IMG/VR virus record: IMGVR_UViG_3300037067_007264
Coordinates: 64,001 to 128,000 of that record
Reading direction: 5' to 3' (one strand)
From: a virus
Lineage: Duplodnaviria > Caudoviricetes
DNA length: 64,000 bases
A program made the translations under genes and the position numbers. The notes under the pieces are model-generated. The model saw only the letters and a list, made by a program, of their open reading frames with translations, did no database searches and was not told the origin of the DNA. Within the stretch, counting starts at the first letter, position 1. Each line of letters begins with the position of its first letter. This document shows, piece by piece, positions 55,426-63,820 of this stretch.

Positions 55426-57581
55426 TCCCAGGCTACGATCCGTTATCAGTTCAAGAGCTACAACTACCTTGGCCTGGAGTAGTTCCATACCCTGTCATTC
55501 CAGAGCCTGGATATCCTGATCAGATCGATGATAGTGTTCGAAAGGTTCTTACCGCTGAGGACATACGTGCAAGGCGAAGAATGGCTGTCAGCTATTTAGC
55601 GCAGATGCCTAAAGGGGTGCCGGCAATCCATCGTGGTGTAGCTAGTCCGTTGGCAACCTGCCCAAATCTACTTCGATGCGATGGGTTATCAAGTCGAGTA
55701 GGTATGGTTACTAAAGCTGGGCTCGCTATCTCTGTGTCCTTGTATGCGGTGCACTACATCCCTGACGCGAATAGACGGAATCGTTGTGTGTTGTTCTGTG
55801 AGGGTCATGGGTGGACCAATGATGATGATGAGTCATCATTCCCACTAAACAATGGCACTGGCATATGGCGGACTGTCACATCACTGATAGCCGATGGCTT
55901 CGATGTGATTTCTTATTACATGCCTGGATACTGGACAGATCCAGTGACTGGAGTTCAGAATCAGGGTGCTATTGAGCCGGACTGGGTTGACCCACCTATT
56001 CCGCGTAACACGGGTCCGGCATCACATGACTGGCTGTTTGATAACCACGATCCACAGCTGGCTACCGGTAGTACATGGCGTGCATTCTTGACAATGCCAA
56101 TTTTGTGTCTCAACTACGCTGAGACATTAGGCTTCGATGATTTGAATGCCGTTGGTTTATCGGGTGGTGGGTGGACTACCACCTTGATTTCCGCCATCGA
56201 TACCAGGATTAGTAGGAGTTATGCAGTTGCAGGATCTACCCCGCTGTATGCATGGCCACACCCGGCTAATGGTGATCAAGAGCAAAGGTCAGCTAAGTTT
56301 TTCTCATATTGTGGTTACTTAGATCTCTACTTCATGGCCACAAGTGATGGGAGACATGCTGAGCAAATCTGGAATCGTAATGAAGGAGTGGTTGCTGGTC
56401 AGCCTCTATTCGATACTATCCCAAGCAATTGGCCTCGTAGTGGCGGAAAAGTCTACGATGAGTATGTAGAGGACTTCTCTAGTGAAATCAGTACCGCTGC
56501 AGCCAGCGTTACAGGCGGTACATTCGTAGTGCGTGTAGATCCGACCGCTCCTAATCATAATGTGCCTTGGACAGCTGTGCGACACATAATTAGTGATTTG
56601 AAGGGGGAATCAAAAACGTTCAAGGCTCTGGTAGCCTGTCTTGGTTCAAACGCAGTGACCCCTCTCACTTGGGCAAACGGTACATGGACTGCTGGATCTC
56701 CAGTGGCGGTTGGTGCTGGACCTCGTGGGGTAGTCATTAGTTACGATGGGTATAGGGCTTTGGTTACGAACTATGGGGCTAGCCCGGCTACTGTGAGCCC
56801 TCTCACGTGGTCAAATGGATTGTGGTCAGTTGGTACGGCTATCACCGTCAATACTGGTCCATGGGGGGCAGCAATGCCACCATCTGGGCTGTTCGCTCTT
56901 ATCCCAAATTATGCAACGAACACAGTGACTCCGTTATCTTGGGCTAACGGTACATGGACAGCAGGTACTCCAATTGCAGTTGGTACTGGGCCATCCATTG
57001 TGTCTGCAGTAGCAACTGATCTCACTGGATGGACGCGGGCACTTGTAGCCAGTATTGGTACGGGTGTGAATGCTGTAACGCCCGTGTCCTATAATAATGG
57101 TGTATGGTCAGCAGGGTCTCCGGTTGCGGTTGGTACTCAACCGTGGGGTGTAGCAATCAGCTCAGATGCAAAGCGTGCCTTGGTATGTAATTATGGGTCT
57201 AATAATGTGACCCCACTGTCTTGGAATGGGACTGTTTGGGTAGCTGGATCTGTAATAGCTGTTGGTACCCAACCGCGTGGTTGTGCTATGGCCCCAAATG
57301 GGCTGAGGGCGTTGGTGGCTAACTATGGTTCAGCATCAGTGACCCCATTCTCTTGGGCGAATGGAACTTGGACAGCAGGTACTCCAATTGCAGTCGGTGT
57401 AAATCCCATCGGGGTTGCCATTAGCTCAGATGGACTTCTAGCATTAGTCACCAACTATGCTGCAGGTTCCGGCACGACAGTAACCCCTCTTACTTGGGCT
57501 AACGGTGTGTGGACTGCTGGGGCTCCTATCACAGTTGGCACTGGTCCATTCAGTGTCTCAATTGCTCAGGCTTCTGGGTGA
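55422..57581 (+). CDS. alpha/beta-hydrolase fused to 7-blade YVTN-like beta-propeller
   Basis: EGHG, GLSGGG; seven repeats of about 45 aa from 56625. Confidence 0.85.
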   Translation: MIPGYDPLSVQELQLPWPGVVPYPVIPEPGYPDQIDDSVRKVLTAEDIRARRRMAVSYLAQMPKGVPAIHRGVASPLATCPNLLRCDGLSSRVGMVTKAGLAISVSLYAVHYIPDANRRNRCVLFCEGHGWTNDDDESSFPLNNGTGIWRTVTSLIADGFDVISYYMPGYWTDPVTGVQNQGAIEPDWVDPPIPRNTGPASHDWLFDNHDPQLATGSTWRAFLTMPILCLNYAETLGFDDLNAVGLSGGGWTTTLISAIDTRISRSYAVAGSTPLYAWPHPANGDQEQRSAKFFSYCGYLDLYFMATSDGRHAEQIWNRNEGVVAGQPLFDTIPSNWPRSGGKVYDEYVEDFSSEISTAAASVTGGTFVVRVDPTAPNHNVPWTAVRHIISDLKGESKTFKALVACLGSNAVTPLTWANGTWTAGSPVAVGAGPRGVVISYDGYRALVTNYGASPATVSPLTWSNGLWSVGTAITVNTGPWGAAMPPSGLFALIPNYATNTVTPLSWANGTWTAGTPIAVGTGPSIVSAVATDLTGWTRALVASIGTGVNAVTPVSYNNGVWSAGSPVAVGTQPWGVAISSDAKRALVCNYGSNNVTPLSWNGTVWVAGSVIAVGTQPRGCAMAPNGLRALVANYGSASVTPFSWANGTWTAGTPIAVGVNPIGVAISSDGLLALVTNYAAGSGTTVTPLTWANGVWTAGAPITVGTGPFSVSIAQASG

Positions 57582-57600
57582 GTATAAGAAAAGAGACGAG

Positions 57601-57879
57601 TCACCGACTAACGGGGAAGACCACACGTAGGTAGTTCTTCATTCCGGGCTGAGTCACCTTAGTGCCAGGGAAAGCCTCTTGAAAGGCCTCTGAGTAAGGC
57701 CCAAGGTCATCCTTCACGTCAGTCCCGATATCGACTACATTGGCCCGGTTTTGAATAACCTTCGCGTGGAAGGGGACATTCTTCTTTAGCCAAGTATTGA
57801 TGGCTCGAACATCGATCCCCCACATGTTGGAGGCCGACATGCGTTCCACAACTCGAGCAATGATATGCAGGTCATCCAT
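57601..57879 (-). CDS. protein with N-terminal IIARVVER segment
   Basis: MDDLHIIARVVERMSAS. Confidence 0.75.
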   Translation of the reverse strand: MDDLHIIARVVERMSASNMWGIDVRAINTWLKKNVPFHAKVIQNRANVVDIGTDVKDDLGPYSEAFQEAFPGTKVTQPGMKNYLRVVFPVSR

Positions 57880-57885
57880 AGAACC

Positions 57886-58533
57886 TCAGTGGTAGCGGTA
57901 GCTGACCTTCAGATCACTCCAAACCTCACGCAACTCGCGGATATCCATCTTCATAACCTTGGATAGGTTGTCCTTCAAGTAAGCATAGAAGATGGCTGCA
58001 CTCTGCTTGTTGTTTGACCAGTAGCCGGTGTCCTGGGCAAAGCCGGGCTTATTAGGATCACCTTCGACCCTACCAAACCAAAATCGATGTAGGACATTGA
58101 ACTCGACGGGGCTCGCTGTTATCTCGTCACCTGCTAGGGTCTTGAACTTGATCTCAGAACCTGCTGGAGCAACTTCAATGGCCTTGATATTCTGCTCGTG
58201 AGTGACTACTGAGTGATCGGGTTCGGTCTCCTTGGCATCGGCCGCAACCTTCTTGACATCAGCCCAAGTGTCACACTTGGCCAATTGGGCTATCATGGTC
58301 TCGAACCATTTCTCAGTGTCACCCTTGTAGTAGTTGTCGTTCAGGACGATTGTAATCTCCGGCACTGACTTTCCGCGCTTACCGGCTAGGGTCAGATCTC
58401 GGATTTGCAAGTGATTTGAACTTCGATATACGTGGAAGGTATTATCCTTGCCAGTGTAGAACCCCCTTCCGACTGGCACTCCAGCTGCTTGTACCCTCCT
58501 GGCCACTCGGCTGATGATTATCAGATCGTTCAT
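57886..58533 (-). CDS. protein with N-terminal IISRVARR segment
   Basis: MNDLIIISRVARRVQAA. Confidence 0.8.
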   Translation of the reverse strand: MNDLIIISRVARRVQAAGVPVGRGFYTGKDNTFHVYRSSNHLQIRDLTLAGKRGKSVPEITIVLNDNYYKGDTEKWFETMIAQLAKCDTWADVKKVAADAKETEPDHSVVTHEQNIKAIEVAPAGSEIKFKTLAGDEITASPVEFNVLHRFWFGRVEGDPNKPGFAQDTGYWSNNKQSAAIFYAYLKDNLSKVMKMDIRELREVWSDLKVSYRYH

Positions 58534-58612
58534 ACTCAGTGTACTTTGATAGAAGGTTTAGGTATATGGTGTACCTAAACTTAACCCACATTTACGTGGA
58601 TGACCAGACCCA

Positions 58613-59170
58613 ATGCCCCCTGAACCCGATGATATAGAAGAGTACTGGGGTGTAGCCCGCCCCGAGCGGTTGGTTACACCCCAGTCAGTACCCTCTGAGT
58701 CAATGACTGTTGAGGAGGTTCTAAAGACCATCAAGAAGTTCAACAAGGAAGTTCTTTGCATGGGCCTTGCCGTTATGGTGAACCATGGAGATGTAAGCTC
58801 ACCTACAATTGTTGCTGAATCTGCCAAAGAGCTTGAACGCTTGACGAAGAATACCTTGGTTCAATTGACCCTACTAGCTGGGGTTCCTGTAAGTATACTA
58901 AAACAGTGCAATGACTCGAGGACAAATGTCAGATCTAGGAACCTCGATGACCCGAGAGCTTCCAACAACCTCTTCATGCCTGACAGGACTGAGGAGCCTC
59001 AGAGTATGCGCATCCTCCCTCAGGGGCAAGTAAGGTCAGCAATGGGTCGTATCCTACAACCTCAATCCCGTTGTTCTAATTGTGGAGTACTTACTAACTC
59101 AAATCAACGGTTGTGTGACCCGTGTAGGGTTCACCGAGCTCAGGCCAGAAGGCGCAGGTCAGGTTACTAA
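58613..59170 (+). CDS. N-terminal IEEYW-tag protein with C-terminal zinc ribbon
   Basis: PDDIEEYWGVARP; CSNC..CDPC; GGTGTA 58568. Confidence 0.8.
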   Translation: MPPEPDDIEEYWGVARPERLVTPQSVPSESMTVEEVLKTIKKFNKEVLCMGLAVMVNHGDVSSPTIVAESAKELERLTKNTLVQLTLLAGVPVSILKQCNDSRTNVRSRNLDDPRASNNLFMPDRTEEPQSMRILPQGQVRSAMGRILQPQSRCSNCGVLTNSNQRLCDPCRVHRAQARRRRSGY

Positions 59171-59171
59171 G

Positions 59172-59387
59172 ATGACCAAGTGTAGTCAATGTTCAAGCGG
59201 ACGAATACGACTCACCGGGGTTCAAGGTGAGTTGAACGGTCGAGACCAGAATCGAATGGGAAAGCACCTGCTCCCTTATAAATTACAGTATAAGTGCATA
59301 AGTTGTGGGCACCTCGGGTGGACTCGTGACCCAAGGTTGGTCCCTGACCAGAGTTCTAAAGTTGCTATTGCTGGTACCCCAGATTAA
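59172..59387 (+). CDS. small zinc-ribbon protein
   Basis: CSQC..CISCGH. Confidence 0.7.
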   Translation: MTKCSQCSSGRIRLTGVQGELNGRDQNRMGKHLLPYKLQYKCISCGHLGWTRDPRLVPDQSSKVAIAGTPD

Positions 59388-59402
59388 TGCAATTGTACCT
59401 GG

Positions 59403-59852
59403 ATGATCCTAGAAACTAGAACCAAGGCTACTGTAGAAGAGGGTATTAAGCTTCGAGAGGAGCTCGAGGGGAGGTTGTTTGTTTCTTACACCCCCGGAAA
59501 CGGCACCGTCTACCACCTATTACTCACCAAACTCAACGGTTTTTGTGAGTTAGTCACCGATCTAATTGGGATCGGACCCAAGTGTTGGCTGGTGACTCTG
59601 CTGAATCAGGAGCCCCGCCCATCGGCCCTTATTTCGGACAATGGCCAACTATTGCATTGGAGCTATGTGGGAGAGAAGCTGAATCTAAGGACACCCGACG
59701 CCGTAGTCGTGGCCGAGTTGATCGGGCACCTCACCGGGAGGCCCTACATCACTGGTGAAGAGGTGATGAGTGATATTGAGGAGGAGATGGTGTCCTCTGA
59801 GGTATTACCTAAATTGAGTGAAGATGATGAGGTTGCAGAGGTTGTCCCGTAA
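59403..59852 (+). CDS. hypothetical protein
   Basis: YTPGNGTVY..WSYVGEKL. Confidence 0.75.
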   Translation: MILETRTKATVEEGIKLREELEGRLFVSYTPGNGTVYHLLLTKLNGFCELVTDLIGIGPKCWLVTLLNQEPRPSALISDNGQLLHWSYVGEKLNLRTPDAVVVAELIGHLTGRPYITGEEVMSDIEEEMVSSEVLPKLSEDDEVAEVVP

Positions 59853-59860
59853 TACTGAGC

Positions 59861-60112
59861 ATGACCCAGACAAGCAAAATTAATCCTGCCCAAGCTAGAG
59901 CCGAAGTTCACGCCGATGTAGCCAGCCAGCTTCTATTGGAAGCCTCGCAGGCCAAAGGGTTCCGTCGTCAAGTCTTGGTTGCAAGGGCTAAGATCCACTT
60001 ATCCGCTCTACAGGACTGGATAACCCCAGAGGCCCCTCCAGAGGCTCATGTAGCCCTTCGAGAATTGAACAGTGTTTTGGCCCAGTTCGAGATGGAAGCC
60101 AAGCCTAACTGA
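59861..60112 (+). CDS. small helical protein
   Basis: class B 59828/59848, leaderless. Confidence 0.8.
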   Translation: MTQTSKINPAQARAEVHADVASQLLLEASQAKGFRRQVLVARAKIHLSALQDWITPEAPPEAHVALRELNSVLAQFEMEAKPN

Positions 60113-60142
60113 TCCGATTGGGTTTCGGTGTATTGGGCCTCA

Positions 60143-60484
60143 ATGCCTATCCATAACCCGAATACCAGTCTTCCAAACCTCCTTGAGCAGCTGAACCTTC
60201 CGCACGGCTTCGACGAACTCATCTTCGTCAATGGCAAGCCCTACGCGGGTGAGATAGCCATGAACTGCTACAAGGGCTGTGGATGGGAGTCAGGAAGAAC
60301 GGCCTCAGTCATCCTCAGCCCGCCCGTGGACCCCACCTCAGAAGTCATCCTCATCGATCTGAGGTACATGCGGCTACGCCGGTGTCAGCTCCTAGTCCCG
60401 AGAGATCGTATCGATGCCGCACTAGCTCAGAAGCACAATAGGCAGGAGTGGGAAGCCATTGATCTACCGGAAGACAGACGGTAA
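60143..60484 (+). CDS. hypothetical protein
   Basis: ATG 10 nt after GGTGTA 60127. Confidence 0.75.
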   Translation: MPIHNPNTSLPNLLEQLNLPHGFDELIFVNGKPYAGEIAMNCYKGCGWESGRTASVILSPPVDPTSEVILIDLRYMRLRRCQLLVPRDRIDAALAQKHNRQEWEAIDLPEDRR

Positions 60485-60690
60485 TGAGGACTTCTAGCAA
60501 GATCATAGGGCTGATCAATCTGGCCTACGGGGGTGGGGATCATTGCAACAAGCATGTTTTGTGGGAACTAGAAGAAGATGGGCTAGCAACGAAAGATTGT
60601 CGGCCAGATCAGAAGCTGACTGATAAGGGGGTGACCGTTCTCTCTGAGTTGCTCAACACCTATGATGAGCAAGTGGAACCAAAGCAATGA
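60484..60690 (+). CDS. small winged-helix-like protein
   Basis: LWELEEDGL..LTDKG. Confidence 0.65.
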   Translation: MRTSSKIIGLINLAYGGGDHCNKHVLWELEEDGLATKDCRPDQKLTDKGVTVLSELLNTYDEQVEPKQ

Positions 60691-61139
60691 TCCAACGAAA
60701 CCAGTGCAAGAACCGTCAGCTCTATCGGATCCGCTCGCGCAACCTAATCTTTGGGGTATTCCACGAGGAGAATGGTGGGTTCTTTGGACTCAGGAAAAAG
60801 TTCAATTACACCTATGTCTTCGAGGAGTATCACTGGGGTAACGGCCCACCGTACGGTACGGTGAAGCCCATTGAAGAGATGCCGGAGACCCTGCCGGAGA
60901 GCATTGCTCTGGCGGCAGACCTGGGGTCAATATGCTCTGAGTGCAAAGTACCTTGTGCCTACATCAAGTTTCCAGATGGGGAGCGGGAGAAGACCTATGA
61001 GGACGGACATAAGATGATGATCTCCGGAGAGTGGGAGCACCTCGAGTCTACAGATTGTCCCCAGGTGTCACCCATGAGTAAGAGCAACTCGGCCCTCGAG
61101 CGATGGCTGAAGCGGATGGAAGAGAAATACAAGTCATGA
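60687..61139 (+). CDS. hypothetical protein
   Basis: ATGA coupling. Confidence 0.75.
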   Translation: MIQRNQCKNRQLYRIRSRNLIFGVFHEENGGFFGLRKKFNYTYVFEEYHWGNGPPYGTVKPIEEMPETLPESIALAADLGSICSECKVPCAYIKFPDGEREKTYEDGHKMMISGEWEHLESTDCPQVSPMSKSNSALERWLKRMEEKYKS

Positions 61140-61441
61140 ACCCCAAGCAGGTTGCATGCATTCGGGCCTGCATTCAGGCCGAAGACCCGGTAGGGCTATT
61201 TCAATTGCAGAAGGCCTTTGACGAGTTGATAGCCGAGGCGGAACGGTATAGAGTACGGCCGATCGCTGAGTTGAAGGGGACCAAACCCGACCGAAATGTC
61301 TTCGTCTGGTCTCCCTACTCAGGCAGATCAATCCAACTATTCAGTGGTAATGTCCTTTGGAATGAAGCCAATGCCACCCACTTTTGTGAAGTACCTAACC
61401 CCTCTCAACAAGAACTTGGTTATGATAAGTTGAAGATATGA
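61136..61441 (+). CDS. hypothetical protein
   Basis: ATGA coupling. Confidence 0.7.
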   Translation: MNPKQVACIRACIQAEDPVGLFQLQKAFDELIAEAERYRVRPIAELKGTKPDRNVFVWSPYSGRSIQLFSGNVLWNEANATHFCEVPNPSQQELGYDKLKI

Positions 61442-61647
61442 CTGATCGACACTCAGGTTACCTTGTAACCCTAGATAAGGACATTCGTTCAGACGATGCA
61501 GAGAGTACTTTGAATGCTCTTCGGATGGTTCGAGGTGTTATCTCGGTTGAGCCCGTTATCTCTAACATCGAAGTGCATATCGCCGAGGATAGGGCCAAGA
61601 GAGAGCTGTTGAGTAAGATCTACGAGTTTCTGGTGACTCTCAAATGA
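61438..61647 (+). CDS. small ferredoxin/ACT-like fold protein
   Basis: LVTLDKDIRSDDA..ALRMVRGVISVEP. Confidence 0.7.
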   Translation: MTDRHSGYLVTLDKDIRSDDAESTLNALRMVRGVISVEPVISNIEVHIAEDRAKRELLSKIYEFLVTLK

Positions 61648-62081
61648 AGCCATCCAAGATCCACATCCGAGTTGTCCACGCTGAGCTAGAAAGAGCTGAC
61701 GAGGATAGTGCTTATCGGTCTGTATGCCCTGTATGTAAGACCGGGCTACTGCTGATTCACAGGGACAAGGAGACCTTCAAACTAGTCAGATCCGATATCT
61801 GCATTCAGTGCGGGCAAGGGTTCTACTACACGGACAATATGATCAACGGGGAAGAGTTCACTGAGAAGGTTCCTTACCCTCTCTTTGAGATCGTAGGGCC
61901 TCCCTGTCCGGCGCCTGGGTGCAAGGGAGTCTTGACTCCAACCATGTCACTGAAGACCAGGGTGTGGTTTAGCAAGTGTCACGTCTGCAATGGAGAGTTC
62001 AGTAGAGCTCCACTTGGTAGTAAGAGAAAGTGGATCCGTCATCGAAACCTCGATGTCATTAAGGGCGGGAAGGACGATTGA
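61644..62081 (+). CDS. double zinc-ribbon protein
   Basis: CPVC, CIQC, CPAPGC, CHVC. Confidence 0.75.
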   Translation: MKPSKIHIRVVHAELERADEDSAYRSVCPVCKTGLLLIHRDKETFKLVRSDICIQCGQGFYYTDNMINGEEFTEKVPYPLFEIVGPPCPAPGCKGVLTPTMSLKTRVWFSKCHVCNGEFSRAPLGSKRKWIRHRNLDVIKGGKDD

Positions 62082-62612
62082 TTGCCCCCGAACCTTCGAT
62101 TTTGGATGCTCAGTGATCTATCACCAAGCCCTGAGGGGGCTACTTTCACCCGCGAGTCCCCGGAACATGAGGTATTATGGATCAACCGTAACTTGACGGT
62201 GTCCACGACTCACGAGATGGGTGTTAACCACCGTGTTCGGCTACCTCGTTTGACCTTTGAGGGTGGGAGGTTCTTGATACTCGAACAAGTCCAACGTCTG
62301 ATGGCTAACCTAGCCACGTTTTCGAACAACCCAGGAGCTCAGGACGGCACCCTCTATGGGGTGCAACATGCCCTGCCTACCTATGTTGAGCACCCGACAA
62401 CCGGGCAAGTTATCCTGACTTGGATTCTCTCACTGGGCTACTCGCTTATGAACCTCACCCCTCAATTCAACGGTTCAGAAATGACCCTTCCCGTAGGGGC
62501 TCTGATGGGCTACTTGAGACACCTGATTGACAACATGCCGGCAAATAGGTTGTCTGAGCCCTACAACGGGCCACGACCCACCCGCTTCGAACGGATACTC
62601 GAGGAAGATTGA
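62082..62612 (+). CDS. protein with C-terminal TRFER tag
   Basis: ends RPTRFERILEED. Confidence 0.8.
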   Translation: MPPNLRFWMLSDLSPSPEGATFTRESPEHEVLWINRNLTVSTTHEMGVNHRVRLPRLTFEGGRFLILEQVQRLMANLATFSNNPGAQDGTLYGVQHALPTYVEHPTTGQVILTWILSLGYSLMNLTPQFNGSEMTLPVGALMGYLRHLIDNMPANRLSEPYNGPRPTRFERILEED

Positions 62613-62671
62613 GTATTCTGAGCAATGGGCTTGCTTGACCTGACTGATGAGAGTATTCTGTAATCTCCTAA

Positions 62672-63448
62672 ATGCTAATAAAAACCACATCAGCTTGTTC
62701 CGGTGGTTGTTCCCATTGCATGGAGGATGCAACTCCATCTGGTGAGCACATGGACATGGACACGTTCATGCGAGCACTCGACTTTACTGAGAGGGCAGAG
62801 TGTGAGGTTATCAAGGCTGGGATGCCGGTGATGCTAATGCTCTCAGGAGGAGAGTGTACAGACAACCCTCTCATCGTTGAGATGGCCTCCCAGGTAGTCA
62901 AGAGAGGATGGATCCTCTCTATTCTAACTCACGGTCTTTGGCTTGATAACAAGGAACTCAGAGATGAACTTCTTCGAGATGATTGGAAGAATGTTCTCAT
63001 TCAAGTTACCAATGATGATCGGTACTACCCTCGCAAGCCTCCAAAGTTAGAGCATCCGAGGGTGGTTTATGTGAATAAGCTCCTTGTTTTATCGACCCTT
63101 GGTCGAGCTGCAAAACCCACGTTTGATCCTAAGGGGTTAACTCCTCGATCGGCTCCAAGCAGCTTCAACTTCAGATCTCTCACTCGTTCGTACAAGTCCA
63201 TGCCTATGGCAATCAAACTCTTGAGGGCTCGAGGTTGTATTGGGCTGGCTGGGTTCTGTACCCCCTCGGTGACTCATGAGGGTGTGGTTGTTGCTGGTGA
63301 AAGCCGATTCTGCTACCCAATAGGAACCGTCGACAGTTCGAATGAGGAATTGACAGCAGCTGTTCTCTCAATGGGATCCTGCAACCGATGCGGACAAGAA
63401 TCTAACTTGGATTCAAGGCACAAGCAAGCGATAGGGGTTCCAGAGTGA
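62672..63448 (+). CDS. radical SAM protein
   Basis: CSGGCSHC, SGGECT, LTHG; C-terminal C..C..CNRC. Confidence 0.9.
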   Translation: MLIKTTSACSGGCSHCMEDATPSGEHMDMDTFMRALDFTERAECEVIKAGMPVMLMLSGGECTDNPLIVEMASQVVKRGWILSILTHGLWLDNKELRDELLRDDWKNVLIQVTNDDRYYPRKPPKLEHPRVVYVNKLLVLSTLGRAAKPTFDPKGLTPRSAPSSFNFRSLTRSYKSMPMAIKLLRARGCIGLAGFCTPSVTHEGVVVAGESRFCYPIGTVDSSNEELTAAVLSMGSCNRCGQESNLDSRHKQAIGVPE

Positions 63449-63819
63449 CCTCTGACAATGACATCGAATCCTATTGGATGGATGTCCGTCCTGTTCGCTT
63501 ACCGCAGGCAGAGCCAGAGGTACCGGAATCACCTAAAGAACCATGGCACCCCTACCCATTCAACTCACTTCGTATCCTTCTGAATGCAGCTGGGAGTCAT
63601 GGTTGTAACTGCCGCAGGGGTTTCACCAGTTTAGAGGGAGATCTAGGATTCAGGTGTGCATGTGGGATGGTATTCCGAATCGGAATAGCTAATGCAAGAA
63701 GAACCGCAGGGGGCTTACTTAGTTACATGCATACTACTGAGTCCAGAACGAGAACCGCGCTGAGACTCACCTATGACCCTAGACAGATTCTAATTGAACT
63801 CGAGAACTTGAGAGAGTGA
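63445..63819 (+). CDS. N-terminal IESYW-tag protein with CxC..CxC
   Basis: DNDIESYWMDVRP. Confidence 0.8.
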   Translation: MTSDNDIESYWMDVRPVRLPQAEPEVPESPKEPWHPYPFNSLRILLNAAGSHGCNCRRGFTSLEGDLGFRCACGMVFRIGIANARRTAGGLLSYMHTTESRTRTALRLTYDPRQILIELENLRE

Positions 63820-63820
63820 T

